NCBI GenBank assembly: GCA_036275835.1
Contig: DASUDA010000067.1
Span: 1-46,880 of the forward strand
DNA: 46,880 nt
DNA from: a bacterium
Lineage (GTDB): Bacteria; Sysuimicrobiota; Sysuimicrobiia; Sysuimicrobiales; Segetimicrobiaceae
Direction: 5' to 3'
Under the pieces are notes generated by a model that saw only the letters and a program-made list of their open reading frames with translations, was not told the DNA's origin and ran no database searches. Below, one piece after another: positions 8,199 to 15,992 of this stretch. The translations under genes and the position numbers were made by a program. Each line of letters opens with the position of its first letter. The first letter of the stretch is position 1.

Positions 8199-9077
8199 AT
8201 GGTAGCGTTTACCCGCCGTATCAAGTACCTCGCGCTGGCCGTGGTGGTGGTCCTCGCAACCTCGGTCCCCTTCGCCGGACGTGTGCCGGCCGCGCACGCC
8301 CAGCTCTTCGGGATGAGCGAGCAAGAGGAGATCCGCATTGGGCGCGAGGTCCAGAGCCAGCTGGCGATCAAGCCGGGTTTCGTGCACGATCCCGCGCAGA
8401 CCAAGTACGTGGCACACATCGGACTCCAGCTCGCCCGGGTGTCGGAGCGGCCGAATCTCCCCTGGACGTATCGCATCCTCAACGACAGCCAGGTCAACGC
8501 GCTGGCGGCACCCGGCGGCTACGTCTTTGTCACGTCCGGCCTGCTCCGGTTCGTCAAATCGGACAATGAACTGGCGTTTGTCCTGGGACACGAAACAACC
8601 CACATCGCTCATCGCCACGCCGTTGATCTGGCCCAGCGCCAACTGGAGCTGCAGTTGGGGGCGGCCCTGATCACTCAAGTGCTGTTCGGAGGCAACCTAA
8701 CCGCGTACCAGCTCTCTCAAGTGGCGGGCGCGCTGATCGGCGCGCAGTACTCTCGAGAGAAAGAGTACGAGGCAGACCATTTCGGTGTGATCTTTGCCAG
8801 GAAAGCCGGATTCGATCCTACAGCATCGCTCGCGTTTTTCGAACGACTGCAGGCTTTAGAGCAGAAGCAGGGGGCGCTCGGTTCCGCCTTCGCCAGCCAT
8901 CCTCCTACGCCCGATCGGATCAAAGCGATCCACGACGAGCTCCGGCAGATGGGTTATCAGGTGGCCGGGCCGAGCGCCCCAGATTCTCCCTCGGCCGTCC
9001 AACAGGTGAGGCCGGTCAACAGGGTGACCGTCCTCGGCCCCCGAATCTCCGGAGGTGATGCCTACTCGGATCGCTGA
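8199..9077 (+). CDS. Secreted M48-family zinc metallopeptidase
   Basis: Signal-peptide-like N-terminus, NALAAPGGYVFVTSGLL motif, HETTH (HExxH) zinc site, downstream E(ad)H, GAGGGGGG RBS. Confidence 0.85.
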   Translation: MVAFTRRIKYLALAVVVVLATSVPFAGRVPAAHAQLFGMSEQEEIRIGREVQSQLAIKPGFVHDPAQTKYVAHIGLQLARVSERPNLPWTYRILNDSQVNALAAPGGYVFVTSGLLRFVKSDNELAFVLGHETTHIAHRHAVDLAQRQLELQLGAALITQVLFGGNLTAYQLSQVAGALIGAQYSREKEYEADHFGVIFARKAGFDPTASLAFFERLQALEQKQGALGSAFASHPPTPDRIKAIHDELRQMGYQVAGPSAPDSPSAVQQVRPVNRVTVLGPRISGGDAYSDR

Positions 9078-9963
9078 CCCCTACGCGGTCCCCGGCCAGT
9101 ATCGCAAGGCCCAGCTCCACTGCCACACGACACAGTCCGACGGACGATACCCTCCCCGTCACCTCCTCGAGCGGTACCGAGCCGCCGGATACACGTTCGT
9201 CGTCTTTACCGACCACGACCGCGTGACGGCATGCGAGGACCTGAACTGCGCCACCTTTGTCGCGCTGCCTGGCGTCGAGACGACGATCGCCCGGCCGTTT
9301 CGCCCACTAGGGCCCCACCTGGGTCGCCTGGGCGCTCCCGGCCCTCTCCACGTTCGCGGAGCGCAGGCGTGTATCGACGCCACCGTTGCCGCCGGCGGCG
9401 TCGTGTCGCTGCATCACCCCTCCTGGAGCGGCAATCTGTGGACGGGCGGGTGGTCCCTGGCCGAGATGGTCCGGCTACGCGGGTATCACCTTATCGAGAT
9501 CAGCAATCACCACAGCCGCAGCGAAGCGGACGTGCGCCGGTGGACGGCGGTGCTCCGTCACCGCGGACCGGCGTCGCCGGTCGGAGCCGCCGCGGGCGAC
9601 GACCTTCACCGGGATCGCGACCTCAACACCGGATGGGTGATGGTCAAGACCACCGCCGTCACGGCGCAGGCCTTCCTGGCGGCGCTGCGGGCGGGGGCGC
9701 TGTACGCGTCCACGGGACCTGAGGCGGAGTTCGGCGTACGCGGCGGCGCGATTCGCTGCGCCACCGATGCCGCCCGGATCCGGTTTCTCGACGCGGGTGA
9801 TGCCGTCCGGCATGAGGCTCCGGGTCCGGACGCAGCGTACTCTCCCCAGGGCGATGAAGGGTTTGTGCGGGTGGAGTGCCTCGGCCGACCCGCCCCCGAC
9901 AGGGGATCCCAGACGACCGCGTGGTCACAGGCGTTCTGGCTCCTCCCGGATCTGACATTTTGA
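9055..9963 (+). CDS. PHP-domain metal-dependent phosphoesterase (CehA/McbA-like)
   Basis: N-terminal QLHCHTTQSDG and FTDHD PHP metal-binding motifs. 23-nt overlap with the M48 gene. Confidence 0.75.
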   Translation: MMPTRIADPYAVPGQYRKAQLHCHTTQSDGRYPPRHLLERYRAAGYTFVVFTDHDRVTACEDLNCATFVALPGVETTIARPFRPLGPHLGRLGAPGPLHVRGAQACIDATVAAGGVVSLHHPSWSGNLWTGGWSLAEMVRLRGYHLIEISNHHSRSEADVRRWTAVLRHRGPASPVGAAAGDDLHRDRDLNTGWVMVKTTAVTAQAFLAALRAGALYASTGPEAEFGVRGGAIRCATDAARIRFLDAGDAVRHEAPGPDAAYSPQGDEGFVRVECLGRPAPDRGSQTTAWSQAFWLLPDLTF

Positions 9964-9974
9964 TTGAGCATCGT

Positions 9975-10370
9975 CTACTCTGCGGCCTGGTGGAGTAATG
10001 CCCCGGCACCGGCAATGTTCGTCATGAGAACGTCGGGGACATTGTGCCGCTGCTTGAGGTAGTCAGGGTCGTTGTAGGAGAGCCAACTCGTGCCGTCGGC
10101 GTCTTCCCACGCCAGCGCCTTCAAAGGGAGATCGATGGCGAGCGTTGGAGAGACGACCATCAGGGGTGTGCCCGCCTTGGGGCTGCCGAAGATAAGTAGT
10201 TGGGTGGGGGGCATCCTCAGCCCGACTTTTTCGGCTTCGCCGCTGTGGTCCACGCGGCCGAAGATGGTAAGACCATGGGCGTGCAACACGGACTCGAGCC
10301 GTTGCAGCGTTTCCAACACGGAGTAGTGGCTGCGGAGGTGAACCATGCCGTTTCCCGGTAAAGTAACCAT
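9975..10370 (-). CDS. DUF302 domain protein
   Basis: ATG 10370 is preceded by GGGAGG at 7 nt. Motifs VDHSGEAEKVGL...LLIFGSPKAGTPLM...LPLKALAWED are typical of DUF302. Confidence 0.8.
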   Translation of the reverse strand: MVTLPGNGMVHLRSHYSVLETLQRLESVLHAHGLTIFGRVDHSGEAEKVGLRMPPTQLLIFGSPKAGTPLMVVSPTLAIDLPLKALAWEDADGTSWLSYNDPDYLKQRHNVPDVLMTNIAGAGALLHQAAE

Positions 10371-10459
10371 GCGCGTCCCTCCCGAAGATTTTAGAATCGG
10401 CGTGTACTGCGGAGCCGCTATCAACTGACACCTGTAACCGGTCGTGACTAAGGAGGTTT

Positions 10460-10681
10460 TTGATGCCGTCGAGGGAGTCTCCCGCGCCTAAAGTGCAAAC
10501 TCTGATGACCGGTCTCTTACTCGGCGAGTCGCCACGATGGCACGATGGCCGCCTTTGGTTCTCGGATTGGGGCGCGCAAGAGGTCATTGCATTGGTGAGC
10601 CTGCGCACCCTGCCCGGGCGAGACGTCCCTGATGAGACGCCCTTCCGACTGCCTATAAACATGTTTGACGTTTCCATTTAG
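10460..10681 (+). pseudogene. Probable truncated remnant of an SMP-30/gluconolactonase/LRE-like gene
   Basis: Residues LLGESPRWHDGRLWFSDWGAQEVIAL match the N-terminal first blade of SMP-30/LRE proteins (about 290 aa when intact). The ORF stops after 73 aa and the next gene starts 57 nt later. Confidence 0.4.
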
Positions 10682-10737
10682 GTTCCTGTCCACGCGAAGC
10701 GAGGCTCGCTGATACGACTCTCGCTGGGAGGACCTCA

Positions 10738-11652
10738 ATGAAACTCGGGATTCAGTTGCCCCACGGAGGTGACATCGCCTCACGCGAGACGATCGCAGCT
10801 GCTGCCACCCACGCCGAGCAGATTGGTCTCGACTCGGTGTGGGTGTGGGACCGGCTCCTCCGGACGACGCGCCCCATTCCATTCCGCGGCAGGCCCCCCG
10901 GGCCTATGCCAAGAGTGTACGCGACCGTCTTCGACCCGCTGGAAACACTCACGTATGCTGCGGCGATGACCAAGCGGGTCCAACTGGGAACCAGTACGAT
11001 TCTCGCCCTGTTCCACTCGCCGGTCGTGCTCGCCCGGCGGCTGGCAACGCTCGACCAGCTCAGCGGCGGGCGCGTCATTGCGGGGTTCGGGCTGGGGTGG
11101 CTCGAGGAGGAGTTCACGGCGAGCGGCATCCCCATGGCTCGCCGAGGCCGGCGGATGACCGAGTTTGTTGGAGCAGTTCGCGCTGTGTGGGGTGCTGACC
11201 CCGTGAGTTTTCAGGGTGAATTCTACTCGATCCCGGAGTCCGACATCGGCCCCAAGCCTGTGCAATCGGGCGGCATCCCAATTCTGCTCGCCGCCCAAAG
11301 CGATGGAGCCCTCAAACGTGCCGCCCGGATCGGGGATGGGGTCAATCCATTTGCCACCATGGATTTCAAGCGTCTCCAACGCGATGTCGCCCTGTTTCGC
11401 CGGACAGCCCAGGAAGCAGGCAGGGACGGGACCCTGTTGCCCGTCGTCCTCCGAGCAAACGCTCAACTGACGGACACGCGCCTCCCCGCCGACGGACGCC
11501 TGTTATTCGCCGGGACGGTGGACCAGTGGCGGGACGATCTCGAGCGCATTCGCGACATTGGTGTCACGCACGTCATTTTCGGGTCGGACGTACCGCCACC
11601 GCTCGACGTGCAGTTGCGGGTGCTTGCCGAACTTCGGCAACATCTACGGTGA
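10738..11652 (+). CDS. LLM-class (luciferase-like) flavin/F420-dependent oxidoreductase
   Basis: GGGAGG RBS. LGLDSVWVWDRLL, TSTILALFHSPVVLARRLATLDQLSGGRVIAGFGLGWLEEEF and SGGIPILLAA motifs of the LLM family. Confidence 0.85.
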   Translation: MKLGIQLPHGGDIASRETIAAAATHAEQIGLDSVWVWDRLLRTTRPIPFRGRPPGPMPRVYATVFDPLETLTYAAAMTKRVQLGTSTILALFHSPVVLARRLATLDQLSGGRVIAGFGLGWLEEEFTASGIPMARRGRRMTEFVGAVRAVWGADPVSFQGEFYSIPESDIGPKPVQSGGIPILLAAQSDGALKRAARIGDGVNPFATMDFKRLQRDVALFRRTAQEAGRDGTLLPVVLRANAQLTDTRLPADGRLLFAGTVDQWRDDLERIRDIGVTHVIFGSDVPPPLDVQLRVLAELRQHLR

Positions 11653-11666
11653 CGTGTCGAACTGCC

Positions 11667-11694
11667 TTGACTGGCTTTGTGAATGGAATAGAAT
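11667..11694 (+). promoter_or_regulatory. Sigma70-like promoter TTGACT-16 nt-TAGAAT for the VOC gene
   Basis: TTGACT at 11667-11672 and TAGAAT at 11689-11694 in an AT-rich intergenic region. A strong GGAGGGGGAGG SD precedes the ATG at 11775. Confidence 0.4.
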
Positions 11695-11700
11695 AGAATG
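11681..11700. repeat. Four tandem pentanucleotide units GAATG-GAATA-GAATA-GAATG
   Basis: Read directly from the sequence. It overlaps the predicted -10 region of the promoter above. Confidence 0.6.
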
Positions 11701-11774
11701 GACTCCAGGACTTCCAACTTAACGGCCTGATCCTCATTTCATTTGATTGGGGAAGGCGGAGGGGGAGGTTTTTC

Positions 11775-12293
11775 ATGACGCGTAGGATGAAACCCGTGAA
11801 GACAAAAGCGAGGCCCACCAAGAAGAAAGTAAAGCACATACCGGATGGCTACCATACTGAGACGCCTTACCTTACTGTGGACAACGCGGCGGCGGCGATT
11901 GAATTTTACAAAAAGGCCTTCGGAGCAAAGGAAATAATGCGTATGCCCGGGCCTGGCGGCAAAATAGGCCATGCCGAAATACAAATTGGTAATTCCCGAA
12001 TCATGCTGGCTGATGAAGCCCCGCCCATGGGGACTCGCGGGCCAAAAGCGCTAGGTGGCTCGCCGGTCAGCCTGATGCTCTACTTTCCGGACGTTGACAA
12101 GGTGTTCAACCGGGCCTTAGCGGCGGGAGCCAAGCAGACCCGGCCGGTCAAGAACCAGTTCTACGGCGACAGATCCGGAGACCTGGAAGACCCCTTCGGA
12201 CATAAGTGGATTATCTCCACGCACATTGAGGAAGTGCCCCCCAAGGAAATGGAGAAACGAATGAAAGCGGCCATGGCAGGAGCACCGGCTTAA
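11775..12293 (+). CDS. VOC/glyoxalase-fold protein (PhnB-like) with Lys-rich N-terminal extension
   Basis: TPYLTVDNAAAAIEFYKKAFGAKE...GKIGHAEIQIGNSRIMLADE...DPFGHKWIIS are typical PhnB-like VOC motifs. Markedly lower G+C than the flanks. Confidence 0.8.
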   Translation: MTRRMKPVKTKARPTKKKVKHIPDGYHTETPYLTVDNAAAAIEFYKKAFGAKEIMRMPGPGGKIGHAEIQIGNSRIMLADEAPPMGTRGPKALGGSPVSLMLYFPDVDKVFNRALAAGAKQTRPVKNQFYGDRSGDLEDPFGHKWIISTHIEEVPPKEMEKRMKAAMAGAPA

Positions 12294-12500
12294 GCTGGGG
12301 AGAACGGTCTCTATTTAGAGGCACGCCATTTCCGGCATGTGGGATTATCATCTGAATTTTCCGCGCCTGCCGAGGGGAAGCGTCCCGTCCGCGGGACGTC
12401 AACGCATGTCCGGAGGCGCGTTCGAGGATCCAGGAACAAGCAATTCAGTCGACTCTCAAGGGTCGAAAAGAATGTCAGCCCGAGGAGAGGAAGGCGGCCG

Positions 12501-12677
12501 ATGCGGTGGGTGCGGACGATTCTCGGCATCATGATGGTCATGGCCGGTGAAGTGTGGCTCCTGCAGGGTCTCGGGAAGTTGCCCGGCAGCTTCATGACCG
12601 GGTCATCGTTTTGGGCGGCGGTGGGGACGGTCCTCATCGTCGGGGGGATCGTGGTTCTCCTGAGCCTGGCCCGGTAG
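12501..12677 (+). CDS. Small (58 aa) two-helix membrane protein, hypothetical
   Basis: ATG 12501 is preceded by GGAGAGGAAGG. There are two hydrophobic helices (ILGIMMVMAGEVWLL and FWAAVGTVLIVGGIVVLLSL). The upstream part of the track ORF looks non-coding. Confidence 0.45.
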   Translation: MRWVRTILGIMMVMAGEVWLLQGLGKLPGSFMTGSSFWAAVGTVLIVGGIVVLLSLAR

Positions 12678-12910
12678 CACGTCCCCTGCTCGGCGTCGCT
12701 GCAACCCCAGGCGACGGATCGTCCGGCGTTCCCATAGCGACACGACGGGGGAAGTCTGCGGACTCCTTCCTGCTGCCGCGTGCCCTGACTACCAACAGCG
12801 GGCCGCCGCCCGAACCTATCGCTGCCAGAAGGAAGAGAGAGAATACCGCGCGATGGCAAAAACAATCCTAAGGGGGGATCTCCAGAGACTGCGGGCGTTG
12901 GACGTGAATA

Positions 12911-14701
12911 TTAGGGACAGGCAGATGCGGTGTCAAGCACAATCTTCACGCCGACGCTGAACTTGCTGGTATCAAAGTTCCCCAGGGTCAACCAAAGTTC
13001 GCGTGCTTCAAGAGGGATGGAGCCGAATTCAAGCGTCGCATAGACGGCGAGGGAGCGTTGTACCACCGAGGGAAGCCCCCAACTCAAGCGGAAAACATCC
13101 CAACTCCTATAGAGAGAATAGGTCCCACCCCCTTTAACACTCAATTTCGTCGCAGCATCAACGTTGGCGAGGCTAATATCTCGATTATTGAAGTTCTGAA
13201 TAAACAAACTCACCCTCGTCGTATGCGGGTCTAATTCTACCTCGTTGACTCTGACGTCTATGCCACCCTCACTGCCCTTAGCATCCGGATGATAGCGCCT
13301 CTCGGGCGAAGGGCGCGCTTTGATCTCCTTAACGAAATCCTGTTCGAGCACGATTTTCCACGCATCCTCCTGCTTGACGACGCGGAATGTCAAGACAGTG
13401 GTGACCGGCTTGATGCGCGCGGGGAGCCGGCCCCGCCGAGCAGTCGTCACTTGAATGGACGCCTGTCGCGGAGCCGGGTAGGTGGGGACTCCGATAGTGA
13501 AGTCGTCGGGGACGCCGAGCCGGCACAGCACTGCATCGAGCGCTGCCGACTGATGGTACTCGACGAATTCCTGCTCCGTCACTTGACCTCGGGTTTCACT
13601 CGACAAGAGCGTTTGGTACAGGGTCTTCAGTGTCTCCCCCGTCGGGTCCCTGGGGCGGAACAGTGTGAGGAGATAGACGAGCACGGGCTCCCCCGGGATC
13701 GACGTCCGGATCACCGCGGCATGGGGGAACGGGCGGAGCGCGATATCCAGTGCTAAGGTGAGTTCACTGTCCCGCACGCGAACGTAGGGCAGTGACAGAG
13801 ACAACTTTCTGGCGTCAACCGGCACCGCCTCGAAGATGGTGAGGTTTCCAACGAAGGTGAGGTCGGCAACGGCAGAGGAGTGCGCCGGGACTGTTTCGGG
13901 AATTGTACTTCGCAAAATGCGCGTGTTGAATGTCACCCCCCGATCGTCTGTAAGCGAGGCGAGAGAGAGCGCGTTCCGGAACCCAGCCTCCACATCGTTG
14001 GTATTTTCGATAAGCAGACGCAGGGTCGTCGCCTCCGTCTGCAAGGTGACCTCCTGAACACGAATTATCAGCCCCTCCTGCGCTGCGGCGACGTTCGGCC
14101 TGTACCGCCTCACCGGACGGGTCAAGTTTTGCATTTCCCTGACCAGATCGTCATGCAGCACCAGTTTCCACGCGTTGTCTTCCCTGACAATCCAGTACGT
14201 GGCCTCAAACTCTCCGCCCGAGTCGATACGCGATCTTCGCGTGCAGTCCGAGGAAGATCGGTGCATGTCCGAAATGCATCCGACGATCGCGGGGGCATCG
14301 AACAGTCCTTGGTAGGAACCGGTCACGAGGATGAGTGCCTGGTCACGGGCTTCGCTCTCGACAGGCTCGCCGATGGAGTACTTCAAATCGACAATGGCCA
14401 AGAGTGCCCGCGCCGTGCGATCCGCGACGTACTTCCAATATTCCGTGAATTGATTTTCACTGACCTGCTCGCGCGTGCGGTCGGACAAACCAGCATTGTA
14501 GAATACGCGGACTATGTCGTCCGGAGGAGATTTGCGCTCCCCGAGGGCAGGGCGCAGGATGCTGTCGAAATACCGCTGCACAGTGTCTTTGGGTGATACG
14601 AAATCCGAAACGGGTTGCCCCCTTGTGGACGCCACGAGGAGCAGGCCGGATGACGTCAGGAAAGCAAGACCGAGTAACGAGACGAGAATTTGTCTTCGCA
14701 T
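12911..14701 (-). CDS. Secreted hypothetical protein built from two tandem copies of a roughly 280-aa bipartite module
   Basis: Signal-peptide-like N-terminus. The two halves share TR.QV.E..F.EY, (R/Q)ED.AWK.VL..D.V.E, RRY.P and RV.EV.L....T...L.I.N.N motifs. Low G+C. No family recognised with certainty. Confidence 0.8.
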   Translation of the reverse strand: MRRQILVSLLGLAFLTSSGLLLVASTRGQPVSDFVSPKDTVQRYFDSILRPALGERKSPPDDIVRVFYNAGLSDRTREQVSENQFTEYWKYVADRTARALLAIVDLKYSIGEPVESEARDQALILVTGSYQGLFDAPAIVGCISDMHRSSSDCTRRSRIDSGGEFEATYWIVREDNAWKLVLHDDLVREMQNLTRPVRRYRPNVAAAQEGLIIRVQEVTLQTEATTLRLLIENTNDVEAGFRNALSLASLTDDRGVTFNTRILRSTIPETVPAHSSAVADLTFVGNLTIFEAVPVDARKLSLSLPYVRVRDSELTLALDIALRPFPHAAVIRTSIPGEPVLVYLLTLFRPRDPTGETLKTLYQTLLSSETRGQVTEQEFVEYHQSAALDAVLCRLGVPDDFTIGVPTYPAPRQASIQVTTARRGRLPARIKPVTTVLTFRVVKQEDAWKIVLEQDFVKEIKARPSPERRYHPDAKGSEGGIDVRVNEVELDPHTTRVSLFIQNFNNRDISLANVDAATKLSVKGGGTYSLYRSWDVFRLSWGLPSVVQRSLAVYATLEFGSIPLEARELWLTLGNFDTSKFSVGVKIVLDTASACP

Positions 14702-14735
14702 CTTTCCCCCTCACGCGACAGGAGCAAATGCTCTC

Positions 14736-14874
14736 CGACAAGTTACTAAAGAGTCTCTACGATCTATTTCCCCGGCATGGACCTTCAATGGAACTGTTCC
14801 CGGCCCAACGTTACGGTGCCGGGAAGGGGACCGCGTTCCCATCACATTTATTTTTAATGGAAATTTGTCGGCTA
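14736..14874 (+). pseudogene. Relic fragment of a multicopper-oxidase / copper nitrite reductase-type cupredoxin domain
   Basis: In the intergenic gap, one frame reads SPAWTFNGTVPGPTLRCREGDRVPITFIFNGNL. This is the hallmark first-cupredoxin-domain motif (W.(F/Y)NG..PGP.(L/I).(V/C).EGD.V.(I/V)...N.L). No start codon, no continuation, and flanking residues look non-coding. Confidence 0.45.
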
Positions 14875-14907
14875 ATCCTATCCGAGCGATTCAGCGTACT
14901 AATCAAT

Positions 14908-14938
14908 GAGGAGAGCGGCTGAACCAGCCGCTCTCCTC
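14908..14938 (-). terminator. Intrinsic terminator hairpin downstream of cspA
   Basis: Perfect 14-bp stem GAGGAGAGCGGCTG / CAGCCGCTCTCCTC with a 3-nt loop, 35 nt after the cspA stop. On the minus strand it is followed by AUUGAUUAGUA. Confidence 0.7.
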
Positions 14939-14972
14939 CGGTGTATTCGACTATCCGAAAACGTGTCCGCCG

Positions 14973-15179
14973 TTACCCGATAACGCGAACGTTGCTGGCT
15001 TGAGGACCCTTTTGCCCCTGCGACGCCTCGTATTCGACCTTTTGGCCTTCGTTCAAGGATTTGTACCCGTCGCCCACGATGCCGCTGAAGTGCACGAACA
15101 GATCCTTACTCCCATCTTCCGGGGTAATGAAACCATAACCCTTCTCTGAATTGAACCACTTTACGGTACCAACCGCCAT
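14973..15179 (-). CDS. cspA: Cold-shock protein, CspA family
   Basis: 68 aa. [15 protein letters not shown] (RNP1) and DLFVHFS (RNP2) motifs. Confidence 0.95.
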   Translation of the reverse strand: MAVGTVKWFNSEKGYGFITPEDGSKDLFVHFSGIVGDGYKSLNEGQKVEYEASQGQKGPQASNVRVIG

Positions 15180-15241
15180 CTCACACCCACCTTATTGACC
15201 AATGCTACCAACCGACTTTGCAGTCTGGCTGATGCCCCCCC

Positions 15242-15270
15242 AGTATGGCATACTTCGGCCGCGGACGCAA
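15242..15270 (-). promoter_or_regulatory. Candidate cspA promoter TTGCGT-17 nt-CATACT with about 60-nt 5' UTR
   Basis: On the minus strand, -35 is at 15270-15265 and -10 at 15247-15242, immediately after the gmhA stop. Long csp leaders are typical. Confidence 0.3.
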
Positions 15271-15275
15271 AGGGT

Positions 15276-15992
15276 TTAGCGACGTCTGCCGCGTGCCCGG
15301 CGCCGGGGAGGCGGAGAGGCTGTCCTGCCGGTTGAGCGGACCGCGGCAGGAGGCTTCGGAGTGCCTGCACTCTCCGCAAGAACTCCTGCGAGATACCGGG
15401 TAATCATGTGGTTGAGCGCCAGGTGCACGTCCTCGACGACGCCATAGTCGTCGCTCGGAACCGTGACGGCGAGATCCGCGAGCGCGCGGACGGCTCCGCC
15501 GCCCCGGCCGAGAAACGCGATCACCGTGGCGCCGGCGACCCGCGCCGCCCGGGCGGCGGCCACGACGTTCGGCGAGTTCCCGCTCACCGAGACCAGGACG
15601 ACCGCATCTCCCGGGTGCGCCAGCGTGGTGATCTGCTCGGCGAACACTCCGGCGTATCCGCTGTCATTCGCCCAGGCGGTCAGCACAGGGGCCGGGTCGC
15701 TCAGCGAGAGGGTGCGCACGCGCAGCCCTCCCACCCGCGTCGGCCGGCCGAGGGTGGACTTGCCGAGGTCGAGCGCCATGTGCGAGGCTGTCGCTGCGCT
15801 CCCGCCGTTCCCGGCGATCAGCACCAGCCCGCCGGTCTGGACAACCTGCCTGAGCCGCTCCGCCACTTTCTCAATCTGGGCGGGTTGGACGGCATCGAGA
15901 CACTCTCGGAGCCGCGTGATGTGGGCCTCCGCCACAGCGCGCGCTCCCGCCGGCGGCGCCGCCCGCAGGAGGGAAGACTTACTCTTCGACAT
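15276..15992 (-). CDS. gmhA: D-sedoheptulose-7-phosphate isomerase (SIS domain) with Arg-rich C-terminal tail
   Basis: From ATG 15992: LIAGNGGSAATASHMALDLGK and VSVSGNSPNV SIS/GmhA motifs. 14-nt overlap with hddA. The tail reads PPPRRRARGRRR. Confidence 0.85.
   Translation of the reverse strand: MSKSKSSLLRAAPPAGARAVAEAHITRLRECLDAVQPAQIEKVAERLRQVVQTGGLVLIAGNGGSAATASHMALDLGKSTLGRPTRVGGLRVRTLSLSDPAPVLTAWANDSGYAGVFAEQITTLAHPGDAVVLVSVSGNSPNVVAAARAARVAGATVIAFLGRGGGAVRALADLAVTVPSDDYGVVEDVHLALNHMITRYLAGVLAESAGTPKPPAAVRSTGRTASPPPRRRARGRRR

Noticed and set aside
8055-8678. N-terminal 208 codons of track ORF 7341-8678(-)
   Set aside because: This part is antisense to the well-supported M48 peptidase gene and has no similarity to MoaD/MoaE. 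The MoaD-like sequence begins at GTG 8054, which has its own -10 element.
12381-12398. GC-rich hairpin CGTCCCG-TCCG-CGGGACG downstream of the VOC gene
   Set aside because: No U-tract follows, and it lies about 90 nt past the stop. This is insufficient to call a terminator.
14593-14922. 109-aa plus-strand ORF in the cspA / 596-aa-gene intergenic region
   Set aside because: No RBS and no recognisable motifs. It overlaps the start of the 596-aa gene on the other strand and runs into the cspA terminator. The only meaningful signal in this region is the cupredoxin-motif relic in a different frame.
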